Assembly: GCA_047495785.1 (NCBI GenBank)
Contig: JBLDXI010000054.1
Coordinates: 2,480,001-2,544,000, forward strand
DNA: 64,000 nucleotides
Reading direction: 5' to 3'
From: Lepidodermella squamata
Lineage: Eukaryota > Animalia > Gastrotricha
Below are positions 12,840 to 24,279 of the stretch, in pieces. Within the stretch, counting starts at the first letter, position 1. Each line of letters starts with the position of its first letter. The notes beneath the pieces were generated by a model, which saw only the letters and a list, made by a program, of their open reading frames with translations, was not told the origin of the DNA and ran no database searches. A program made the translations under genes and the position numbers.

Positions 12840-14043
12840 ATGATTGCAGCTTTAATTGTCATCCTTTGCTTGTTTCAATGGTGTTCAAGCTATGATAACA
12901 GCTCTTTTACCGCGATCAAAGCACTGCTCGCAAATTGTCACTTGGACCCCCTTGAAGTAGCTTCCCCGTATGAACTAACTGGACAGCCTCTGGTTGTCAA
13001 TATCAGTTTTGAGGGGGATCGCTTTAAAGAAATAAATGATGTTTCTGAGTCAATAACCATTATAGCAGCTCTCCAAATGTCATGGGTGGACGTTTGCGTT
13101 GCAGCAACAGCCCGTGACCCAACAAAATGGCCTCAGCACTTGAAAACGCTTCAGCTGGAAGAACCGCCTATCTGGACACCCAAGTTGTATCTACGTAACA
13201 GCGTTAACAATTACGGCTTGAAAGACACATTCACAAATATTTTAGTCCTATATCCGATGATAGGCTATGTCTCAAATATTAAAGCAGGCCTATTCGAGGT
13301 TTACTGCGATCTAGAATTAGAGCTGTACCCTCTTGACACACAAAACTGCTCAGTAAGTCCTTTTTCACTTTGTGAAACCAGCATTATAACACATTTTATA
13401 CCCGCAGTTTCAGTTCATATCAACAGTCCATTCGTCATTGATCGTAATAGGCGCAGCAGACTACAATGAACTAAAAACAACCTTTATGGGATCGAATAGT
13501 GTCTGGGAGAAGATTGATGTGCATGTTAGCATTGTCACGAATCAATACAGCCTTGGAACTTTGACCGAAATCACTTACTGGATGGCGTTAAGGAGGAAAC
13601 CCAACTGGGAGCTTTTAAACTTGCTCGCTCCAAGTTTCATCTTCTGCGTATTGGAACTAGCGACATTTTTCATTCCCGCTAAGGCACCCGATCGGCCAGC
13701 ATTTGGAGCTGCGATTCTCCTTTCCTTCACTGTACTTCAGTCTCAAATCGTGAACAGCATGCCTAGGACTCCTAGGACAATCGTTATTCAGTACTACGTG
13801 CTGGGCGAGATGATCTACTCGATGCTAATCGTGATTTACGCCGCCATTATGTGCACTTTCTTACGTTTCCACCCTGAGGAGGCGTCAAAGCAACTGAAAG
13901 CGGGTCCTATACTAAGGTTTTTCAAACACGATTATATTTCCCTGTATGTATGTATTGATATATTCGCCGGTTTAATAGCTTTTATCAGTTTGATTTTTTT
14001 AAATGTCGTTACAATCGGTTACATTTATACTAACATGAAATAA
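12840..14043 (+). CDS. Divergent Cys-loop ligand-gated ion channel subunit (copy 5); intron 13353-13407
   Basis: Cys-loop CDLELELYPLDTQNC; PDRPAFGAAILLSFTVLQSQ; in-frame 55-nt intron. Confidence 0.93.
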
Positions 14044-14057
14044 ATTATCGATTTTTA

Positions 14058-14632
14058 TCACCAGCCAGAAGGTGTCAGATTGATAATACCTTTAACATGC
14101 AAAACTGGCAAGGTAACAACAATTGCGACAGTTAGAAAGAAAGAAAACACTGAGAGGAAGATGGCAGCTTTCCAGTTAGATTCGTTCTTCGGATCGAAAG
14201 CTCGTCGAGCCAGAAAAATTGCAGGTATCGTGAAGAGGCATTGACAAGATATAATTAGAGCTGAAAATGAGCAGCAAATCGCGCAGTTTTTAATTTGCAT
14301 TAGCCGGGTTGTTTCCATGATTTGTAGCTCTTCACGAGTAATCACTTTCGGCTTTTGCGCCTGTTGAGCCTGTTCAATGTCCATCTGCTTTTTCTGCTCG
14401 AAAGCTTTCTTCACAGCATCTCGATGCCTTTCCTGCTCCTCTCTGAATAAAATTAAAAATGATGAGGAATACTGAAACAATTTTATTTGAGAGGTCACCT
14501 GTAGTATGCCTTGTTCATCTCCCTTTCATAACTGATATACTCTGACTCGTAGAAATCAGGCCTTGGAGTAGGCCGAATAGGGCCGACATCGTTCGACTCG
14601 AAAAACTCTAAACTGCCCGGAATTAAAGGCAT
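14058..14632 (-). CDS. Small two-TM membrane protein, CD225/dispanin-like; intron 14443-14498
   Basis: Upstream exon MPLIPGSLEFF...NKAYYR splices in frame to EEQERH...; Cys-rich first hydrophobic segment (ICCSFSALIISCQCLFTIPAIFLA), short loop, second TM (AAIFLSVFSFFLTVAIVV). Family assignment is by topology and pattern only. Confidence 0.6.
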
Positions 14633-15391
14633 AGTGAAAAAAAAACTCTCACGAATATTTCATCGGGTAGAATTTTTATGCGCGTTGAGAATTTCTGGTG
14701 GTGCAAAACCTTTTCAAAGAAATGTATCTCACTCAATAGCCTTCTGAAAGGATCATATAATCAGCATTCAGCGGCGGATGACTCATGTAGAGACGCACCG
14801 AGAAGTCACCAGAATGTATATATATACTATATACCTATCAATGGTCCCTAAGCGGGTAAGCGGAGTACCAATTAGATATTCAAGGCCCAAACATCCTATT
14901 CGCTCGCCCAAGATTCTTTTAGAAATTATTTCATACCGATTTCAGGCAGCTTCTATTTATCAAACTCAAAGCCTTGACCTTTTCGATTTGTCATCTCACG
15001 ATAGGCTCCGGGTTGTAGAAGCACGAATTCGTAAACATGTCTTGGAAAACTGTCGTCATCCTTAATGGCTGAACTCTCACCATTAGATTCACACAACATC
15101 CAAAGCTGATATTCAGGATTCAGGATTTATGCAATTTTTGCGAATAACGGACAGGTTGAAAGAGAATCGATGATGTAATGGCCAATTACATTCGTATAGA
15201 TCCACTTACACGCAGTGAACCTGTTTGTTTGACAGGAAATGTTAAGGAAAGTATCAACCAGGTGCGTGACGGCGGATGTGGCAGCTAGGCGACATGTATA
15301 CCATGCACTGTAATTACCATGAAACACGCCTTTATTTGCACAGGCAGAGTTCGCTACTCTGGTATCGGCATTGAGCTGAGCCACTGCAGCT

Positions 15392-16575
15392 ATGACTCGC
15401 ATTATTATAGCATTCCTCAGCTTCTTACTCGGCTGTAATTCGAACGACGCGCCCGATTTCTCACCCATTGAGAGTAAACTCATCCGCTACTTCGAACAGC
15501 AATGCGATGTGAAAGAGAAGAGCATTCCGAGGAGCTCCAACGATCCGATAGATGTCGGCGTCAGCTTTCAACCCTTTCAATTTCTAGTACTGGACGAACA
15601 GCGAGAAACGTTGAACATCGCATCGCAGATCAATCTCAGATGGTTCCACCCATGTGTTCGTTGGAACGCATCCGACTGGAACGGAATCAACTCATTTGAA
15701 ATAGACTCTTCTGAAACGTGGTTTCCAGTCATCGAGTTGATAAATGCTGATGGAGACATGTATCTCACGGATTTATTCGCAAATAGACGAATCAGATTCT
15801 ACAGTGATTCTTCAGTTGTTTTCAGCATTGATGGAAGTTTTACGGCAAGATGCCCACTTCGGTAAGATTCAACATCATGTTTCGACTTGTGAATACAGTA
15901 TTTCTTTACAGGCTGGAAAAATTCCCGTTCGATAGGCAGAACTGCTCTTTCCCACTCGAAATGTGGCTGTCGACAAAGCATACGAAAATTAATCTGGTGG
16001 ATTTTGAGATAACGGTCGAAGCTGACGGTAGATTCATTACTGAAGGCAGCGTCTGGACCCTCGAAGGAACTCAAACCAGTTTGACGCAGATAAGTTACGA
16101 CAACATCGATAGCGTCTACGATAGAGGAACGTTCAGCATTATTCTTAAAAGACGACCTGTCTTATACTTGATTAACATTTTCATGCCCTGTATGTTTTTG
16201 ACGGTTTTACTTCTCGGTGCTGTTTTCCTATCACCCGCTGTGCCAGATCGACCGATGTTTTGTGCAACTGTTGTATTAGCCTACTCGGTTTACCAATCTT
16301 TTGTGACTAGCATGATACCAAGTTCTAGCCAAATCCCTTATGCTTTGCTCTATGTTTTGTGCCATCAAGCTGCGGCGGCTGCTTGCACAGCTTATTGTCT
16401 TCTTGCGAACGAATTAGCGCGAAAAACGTATTTCAAAACCGCAATATTTAGAGAATCGAAATACGCTAAGCTTACCGTGATAAGGTTGCTAGATATTTTG
16501 TTCTTTTCAATCATGGCGGTTGGTATGGCCCTAGCAGATCTCGTAATATTTCTAAAATTGCTCTCGATTTGGTGA
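15392..16575 (+). CDS. Divergent Cys-loop ligand-gated ion channel subunit (copy 6); intron 15862-15911 inside the Cys-loop
   Basis: Spliced Cys-loop CPLRLEKFPFDRQNC; LKRRPVLYLINIFMPC; PDRPMFCATVVLAYSV. Confidence 0.92.
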
Positions 16576-16788
16576 AAAATTATACAATTAATGCAATTCC
16601 ACCTTAAAAATCGATAAGATAGAAAAAAATAAACTGCAAAGAGCAACAGCTAGGTCCCCAGAGGCAAATTGCGACTGGCCTGAGTGATTTCAATAATTCA
16701 TCGATATTATTTACATTGTCAATCAACTACATAGCGAGACTTAATGCTACCAGTACATGAATCCGATTCAAAGTTTTTACTGTTCAAA

Positions 16789-17995
16789 ATGTTCTCGATA
16801 ATGATTTTTATTCTCGGAACAATCTGTAATGCAGAGGAAGACGTTAAATTTGACGCTGCAGCCACTTTGATTGACAACTGTCGCTTGAAGCCTGACGTTC
16901 TATCCCCATTCGAATTGCAAGGTCGATCAGCTAACATATCCGTCTTTTTCGAAGTCGATCGGCTCATGGATATCGACGACGTTTCTGAAACCATGTCAGT
17001 ATTAGGGGCATTGCAAATAGTTTGGCAAGTTGACTGCGTCGCTCAGCTGGCCGCTGATGCAACGAAATGGCCGCCGAATCTTACTATCCTCCAATTTGAA
17101 AACATCGGTGATGGCTTACCGCTGTGGCATCCACGGCTGTTCCTCCGCAATAGTTTGAACAACTACGGCATGAAAGGAGACACATTCACTGATATGATCG
17201 GCGCATTCCCTCACATTGGCCTATTCGCTATGTTTAAGGTTGGCCGCTTCGAAGTTTACTGCGATTTACATTTAGAACTATTCCCATTCGATCAGCAAGA
17301 GTGCTCGGTAAGAATCTCTTTTAACCATTGGTTCAAAATAAGCATAAAATCTTAAATTACAGATTCTGTTCATCACCGCTATTCGACCCTCTGCTATTAC
17401 CATTGAAAATGCTGGCTTCGTAACAATCTTGACGTCTTACCTAGGCACAAACAGTGTCTGGCAGCCAGTTCGTAATGAAACAATAATCGAAGTGCTTTAT
17501 TTCCCAATATCTGGCGAATTCAGCCAGGTCACGTTTACACTGGCCTTCAAACGGAAGCCTAACTGGGAGCTGCTGAATCTTCTGACGCCGAGTTTCATCT
17601 TTTGCTTACTCGAACTGTCCGTGTTTTTCATCCCAGCTAAATTGGCAGATAGGCCTGCATTCAGCGTTGCCATCCTACTCGCCTTTACTGTGCTCCAATC
17701 TCAAATCGTAGATAGCATGCCGAAGAGCCCTAGGACTATCATTCTTCAATATTACGTCCTTGGCGAGCTGATATTTGCTATGATCATAGTAATCTACGCC
17801 GCGGCTATGTGCTCCTACATTCGCCTGTGTGAAAAATCAGGCCGTCTAATCCAGCTACCGAAAATATTCAAACGCTCTCGGCCGGTAGTTTTGTTCAATC
17901 TGATCGATGTCGTTTCATTTATAATTGCTGCGATTGTTCTGTTTGCTCTCAACGCAATTACAATAGGCTACATCTATTTCAACATGCCTGCGTGA
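16789..17995 (+). CDS. Divergent Cys-loop ligand-gated ion channel subunit (copy 7); intron 17308-17362
   Basis: Cys-loop CDLHLELFPFDQQEC; ADRPAFSVAILLAFTVLQSQ. Start placed at the signal-peptide ATG; an upstream in-frame ATG exists at 16744. Confidence 0.93.
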
Positions 17996-18854
17996 CAATT
18001 AGATTTATTTGAAGTTATCTGCTCCGTCAAGTAATATCGTTATTAAACGTGAACATGAAGATAATTGAGAAGCCTGATGTTTCTGGAATTTTTGTAGTGA
18101 TATTAACTTGCAGCTTTTGCGGTAATATTGTTCGGAATATTGCTGGGTTCCTCAAATACAGAAGCTCTAGGGCCTTTGTTTTTTCCAGAATAACTTGCGG
18201 GAAAATAGCTTGGTTGTTCAATCGGGGGAGCAGATCAGAGCTCGGTTGCCTCCAAGGTTCATGCTTGGAAGGATCATCAGCGGATCGTAAAGTTCGTCTT
18301 TATTTTACCAATGTGTACAGCCTCGAGACTGCAGTACAAACAACTTATTTATTTTTCGGCAACCAACAAGTAATTATTCCAGCGTATTCGGTTTATCAAC
18401 GATTTTCCGCTTTTAAATCTCAAATTAAACTCAAATTAACCGAGCAGCCAGTTTGAGTAAAATGCGTATAGAGTATCATGCCATAATATTTGTACAGCAA
18501 TGTAACATGTCGTGTAATGTTTTCAAAACAAATTACGTGCTGACCTTGGCACCGCGCGCGTTTCTTGCAGGTTTGGGGTTGTTCTACTAAATCCAGGATC
18601 CTTGCGGGGGTAAACATGAAAGTGAAGTGTATTTGCATGTTTTATGCTATGCTGGTATTTACCGCTAGCAAGTCGCAGCTTGATTATTGAATTAACTGTC
18701 GAAAATCAATGCCAGGCCTAGTTTTTGAAAATCTAGAATTTCCTGTCATGCGCTTGGCATGATCGCCATAGCTGCCTAATAGGTTTGCAATTCTAATTTG
18801 TCAGTATTTGCCCTTCTTTTCAATCATTGAATTACTCTGCTAAACGTTTGTAAC

Positions 18855-19197
18855 ATGAACAAACCACTGCTAATCACGTTATTAGTGGTAAACTATCGCA
18901 TAGATGCATCCGAAATCCGAATCTAACATTATTCTATTACCATAGGTTTCCATTGCAGCCTGTGCAATCCAAGCTTGGAAGCAGGAAATCAAGGTAGCCG
19001 GTAGAAGTGTAAACATCAACCTGCCCCCACCTAGTGATCGCGAGGGGAGTGCCCAGCAGCCTAAGGTATCCGGTAGAAGTGTGAACATCAACTTGCCTCC
19101 GCCTTCTGATCGCCAGGGAAATGGTAAGCAGCCTGAAGAAGCCGGCAGAAGTGTAAACATAAACCTGCCCCCGCCGACAGATCGCTCGGCCGAATAA
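18855..19197 (+). CDS. Secreted repeat-peptide (neuropeptide-like) precursor with 3 x GR-SVNINLPPP[S/T]D-R; intron 18888-18945; not in ORF track
   Basis: Spliced 94-aa product MNKPLLITLLV|VSIAACAIQAWKQEIKVAGRSVNINLPPPSDREGSAQQPKVSGRSVNINLPPPSDRQGNGKQPEEAGRSVNINLPPPTDRSAE. Signal peptide, 72-nt repeat period, and differences between repeat cores are almost all synonymous in this frame. Confidence 0.85.
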
Positions 19198-19770
19198 GGC
19201 TTGGAAAAATATTTGAAACTAACAAAAGGCAAATCTATATTGGCGCGAGAAAAAAACTATTGGTGAAGGTTTCTATTTGAGGGCATAGCTCTCTGAATCA
19301 ACTGAATCAAGCAAAGTGTTCGTTTGCGAACGCTTTGCACTGCTGAACTGATTGGGGCTTTGTTTTAATAAATGCTGTATACATTTTTGGTGGTCCATCA
19401 TATTCGGGTTAAGTTGTAGAATTCGAAGACAAAGTTCGTGAATAGTGAATAGGGATCTAATATGGAGGGTCTCACGCGACTATTCTCTAAAACGACTATT
19501 CTCAGTCAGTAAGCAAATAATATTGCCACACATGAAATGTCTCCCATCTCCAGTATCAAAAAAGAGCTAAGGCAATACCATTTGCCAACAATACAATCGA
19601 TATTGGCGTCATTAATATAGCCTAACCTAGGGATAATTTTCTAACCATTCCCGAAAAAATCGATTGATGTCGCCGAAAGCTGTTAGAAACGTGAATATAT
19701 GCTGACAAAGGCATCAATTAATATGTGTGGGAAGTCGAAAATTCATTTTTTCCATCTGTAGGTAAAATTG

Positions 19771-20990
19771 ATGCAATATATTATGTTCCTGATCATAATT
19801 CTCGTAGCGAAAGTCATAGCCAGTTCTGCTGAGGAAGACGTCAAATTTGACGCTTCAGCCGTTTTAATGGAGAACTGCCGGTTGAAACCTGATGTCATGA
19901 GCCCATTCGAACTGCAAGGCCGGCCTGTTAACATATCCGTTCTCTTCGAAGTAGATCGGCTCTTGGAGATCAATGACGTTTCAGAAACAATGTCCGTGGT
20001 AGGCGTGTTGCAAATACTTTGGCAAGTTGACTGCGTGGCTCAACTAGCCAGTGACACGGTGAAATGGCCGCCGAACCTCCGTGTCCTTGTTTGGGAAGAA
20101 ATTGGCGATGGCTTACCCTTATGGCATCCAAAACTATTCCTTCGTAATAGTTTGAACAACTACGGGCTGAAAGGAGAAGCCTTTACCAACTTACTAGGCC
20201 TCTTCCCACACGATGGGCTGTTCTCTCTGTTTAAATTTGGTCGGTTCGAAATTTACTGTGATTTACACTTGGAGCTGTTCCCGTTTGATTTTCAAGAGTG
20301 CTCGGTATTTTTTTACTTGATCCTTTATCCTTAAAGATGAATGAATTTTCGCAGATGATGCTGCACACCGTTATCAGACCTTCGGTGATCAGCATCGAAA
20401 ATGCCGGATTCGTGACGCTCACTGCATCATATTTAGGCGCTAACAGTGCCTGGCAGCCAGTTCGCAACAAAACAAGAATAGACGTTATTTATTTCCCAAC
20501 ATCTGGCGATTTCAGCCAGGCAACGTTTACACTGGCGTTCAAGCGAATACCTAATTGGGAGCTGCTCAATCTTCTGACACCCAGTTTCATCTTTTGCCTA
20601 TTAGAACTGTCCGTGTTTTTTATCCCGGCGAAAATGCCTGATAGGCCTGCATTCAGCGTTGCCATTCTGTTGGCTTTTACTGTGCTCCAATCTCAAATCG
20701 TGAATAGCATGCCGAAAAGCCCTCGGACAATCATTTTGCAATATTACGTCCTTGGCGAGATGATATTTTCCATGATCATAGTAATCTACTCTGCCGTGAT
20801 GTGTTCCTACATTCGTCTTGGTAGAAAATCTGGTCGCCTGGTTCAGCTACCGAAAATATTTAAACGCTATCAACTTGTGGCTTTGTTCAACCTGATCGAT
20901 GTCATTTCATTCATTCTGGCCACCATTGTTTTGATCGCTCTTAATGCTATCACAATGGGTTATATTTATTTCAGCTTACCTCGGCTATAA
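19771..20990 (+). CDS. Divergent Cys-loop ligand-gated ion channel subunit (copy 8, close paralog of copy 7); intron 20305-20354
   Basis: Cys-loop CDLHLELFPFDFQEC; PDRPAFSVAILLAFTVLQSQ; in-frame 50-nt intron. Confidence 0.93.
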
Positions 20991-21109
20991 TCTCGTCGCC
21001 GTTGTAGGCTTCAAGGAAATATCCATAAACACTCCCGCTTTGAACAGTAACAAAATTGAGATTTTGTTGTATAAATATCGTACTGATGTCAGAAATTTGA
21101 GGGAAGCCG

Positions 21110-22470
21110 AAATTGACGACGTTTCGGAAACAATTTCCATGTTCTGCGATCCAGGCTTTGCTATTTCTTTGGCAAGTTGACTGCGTGGCCCCAACTGGTC
21201 AGGGAATCGTCGAAATGCCTGCCAAGTCTTACAATCCTCCAATTCGAAAATATCGGCGATGGCCTACCGTTGTAACAACTACAGGATGAAAGATGACACG
21301 TTCACTGGTGTCATCGGCTTATTCCCCAACATATGGGCCTATTCGCTATGTTCAAGGTTGGTCGGTTCGAAATTTACTGCGATTTACAATTGGAGCTGTT
21401 CCCGTTTGATTATGAAGAGTGTTCGGCATGTCGTTAAGCCAGAGAGCGAAGAACCGCTAGGGATGCGCTAGGGATCCCCACCAGTTCCATCGGTCCTTAT
21501 GGTGAGCTCAGTCAAAGACCAAAGGAGGTACCCTTATGTTGATTTTTGTTATCCTTACCAGTTCCGCGGTCCTACTTCGCTCTACATATGCTTCAAGCTG
21601 TATATATGCTTGGGAAAAATTATAGCAATTTAGCTGGTAGCTTTTTTGCACCAGATTTTTCCTAAATTCTCAAGAAAATTCTCAAGAAATCAGGTCATGC
21701 CTTGTTAAAAAAAAACTAATAAAAGGCCCGCTTTATCAGTGGGAGCGTAATTCACGGTGAGCATACAGTAAATATAGCGACTGAAAAGAGCAAAAGCAAA
21801 TGCGTTTTACAGAAATAAATTTTTCTCAGTGTATTTTCGACTCCGGATAAGTGATTGTTTCCACAGATTTCGTTCATCACAACTGCACGACTTTCCGCGA
21901 TCAAAATCGAAAATGCCGGAATTCTGACCCTCTCTACATCATATTTAGGCGCTAATAGTGCCTGGCAGCTAGTTCGCAATGAAACGAGAATCGATTTTTT
22001 GTACTTTCCGGTTTCAGGCGAATTTACTCAGGTCACATTTACACTGGTGCTGAAACGAAAACCGGATTGGCAGCTCTTAAATCTTCTGACCCCGAGATTT
22101 ATTGTTTGCCTCCTGGAACTGTCAGTTTTTGTTCCCGCTAAAATGGCTAATAGACCTGCTTTTAGCGTTGTAGTTCTGTTAGCTTTTAGCTTCAATCGCA
22201 AATTGTAAATATCATGCCTAAAAGTCCGAGGACCATTATTTTTGCAGGATTTTTGCTATGATAATATACGCTGCAGCCATGCGTTCCAACATCCGTCTGT
22301 TTGAAAAATCAGTTCGTCCGGTTCAGCAGCCGAAAATATTTAAACACTCACAGCCACGTGCTTTTTTTCAAACTGATCGATGTCGCTATTCATTTATAAT
22401 GGCAACTATTGTTTTGTTCGCTCTTAATGCAATCACTTTGGGTTATATTTATTTTAGCCTACCTGGGTAA
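21110..22470 (+). pseudogene. Cys-loop channel pseudogene (copy 7/8 type): 5'-truncated, multiple frameshifts, intron expanded to about 440 nt
   Basis: Fragments IDDVSETISM, WQVDCV, CDLQLELFPFDYEEC, YLGANSAWQLVRNET, LLNLLTP, RPAFSVVVLLAF and LFALNAITLGYIYFSLPG occur in different frames with stops. Confidence 0.88.
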
Positions 22471-22572
22471 TAATTCAGTTACGTCATCGACATCTGCCTC
22501 GTTTTGTAAAAAAACCGATATAATAGTTCGATTCGAACAAAAATACAATTTCACCATTTTTTATTCATCAAC

Positions 22573-23765
22573 ATGTTTTCGCACAATTTTGGAGTAATTT
22601 TCCTGCTAGCAACGGCTTCTGCTGAATTTTACCACAACTTCAGCGCTATCGATACCATGTTAAACCACTGCCGGGTTCACCCAGACATAACCGCACCTTT
22701 CGAGCTGGAGGGCCGGCCGGTTAATCTGACAGTATATTTCGAGGTCGATCGATTCTACGATATACAAGATATCACAGAAACTCTAACACTATTCGGTGGT
22801 CTCGAGGTAGTCTGGCAGGATGATTGCATTTTCCAGCTATGCAATGACCCAGAGTTATGGCCGCCCACTCTAGAAATCCTGCAAATGGATGCGCCGAAGG
22901 TTTGGGTGCCTCGCCTATACTTGAGAAACAGCGTGGATAACTACGGCCTAACAGACAGAATGGCACCAATGTTCTACCTGTTTGCTAAAGGTGGAATGTT
23001 TGTTAGCATAAAAGCTGGATTTTATGAGGTTTACTGCGATTTAGACCTCAAATTGTATCCTTTTGATACACAGACGTGCAAGGTATTTGCATTCCCTAAT
23101 ATTTCTCAACATATTATAGTTTCATCTTTCAGCTCGAATTCATAGCTGTGATCTCTGACAGCTTTGTATCGATAACAGATGCTCTTTTCTTAGCAGTTCG
23201 AGGGAGCTACATGGGTACGAACAGTGTTTGGGAGGCTGTAAGCAACAGCACGCATGTTGAAACGCAATTCCAGCCGCCGGTTGGAAGATTTTCTCAAGTA
23301 ACCTTCTCACTAACCTTCAAACGCAAACCGCACTGGGAAATGCTGAACTTGATAGCCCCAAGTTTCATATTCAGCTTTTTAGAATTGGCGACGTTTTTCG
23401 TCCCAGCGAGAACACCAGACAGGCCAGCTTTCAGCGTAGCTCTTCTGCTTGCTTTCACGGTGTTGCAGTCGCAAATTGTTAGCAACATGCCGAAAACTCC
23501 GCAAGTTATCATACTTCAATTCTACGTGTGTGGCGAGCAGATCTTCGCCATGCTCATCGTGATTTATGCCGCTGTGATGTGTGCCTATGTAAGGCAATAT
23601 CCTGAGGATGCTGGGCGAATGGTCAAATGGACGAGAGGTTACACGAAGTTAGGTGTAATGCCCTTTTATCATGCAATTGATATCATCATGTTCTGCGTTG
23701 CTGTGGTGTGCCTGTTGCTTCTCAACTTGACAACGATCGCTTACATAAATATTCAAGTAGCTTAG
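22573..23765 (+). CDS. Divergent Cys-loop ligand-gated ion channel subunit (copy 9); intron 23083-23132
   Basis: Cys-loop CDLDLKLYPFDTQTC; PDRPAFSVALLLAFTVLQSQ; in-frame 50-nt intron. Confidence 0.93.
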
Positions 23766-24279
23766 AGTTTTTAACTCGACCATGATGGAATTTGAATATA
23801 ATATTTGCATATGATATTTTGGAGTAAAATTGAAGTTGTCATCATCATCAGCGCAGTATAAATTCCTGGCTAAAATCAATTAGGAAAAGCCGATAGTTTT
23901 TGAGCGCTGAGCGCAACTTGAATCAATACGGATTGAGATGACTGTAAATCCCGGGCGTAATGAATAGGGTATGCGCTAAAGGAGGAAGTATAATAATAAT
24001 ACCCTCACTCGTAAGCTAGGGTTGTCCGAGCCGCCAAGTGCGCACCGAATTAGCGATATAATTGAAGTGGCGGCAGGTCGCATGTACAAAACAAGTTTCG
24101 ATTATAGCATATTTGTGTAAAATTCACAGATAATCCTTAGGCCAAAGGCAGGGCGATACTATCTACGTTTCGAACTCGCCCACTGCTAGATGAAGTCTGA
24201 TAGGAGCAGAACTGAACTTAGTCATCTGACTAATACCATCATTTTTAAAATAACTCTATAGGCTGTGATTTTTTAGGAA

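Noticed and set aside
14778-15065. 95-aa ORF between the dispanin-like gene and channel copy 6
   Set aside because: No motif, signal peptide or paralog; lies in a divergent promoter region.
18049-18456. 135-aa ORF with a non-ATG start
   Set aside because: GTG start in a eukaryote and no recognisable features; likely spurious.
18990-19190. Repeat-spacer pattern superficially like a CRISPR array
   Set aside because: Eukaryotic context, only three degenerate units with codon-structured variation, and no cas genes; it is a coding repeat.
18882-19232. Minus-strand 116-aa ORF with GGGRLMFTLLP repeats
   Set aside because: Antisense shadow. Repeat differences are synonymous in the + strand frame, which also has a signal peptide and a proper intron.
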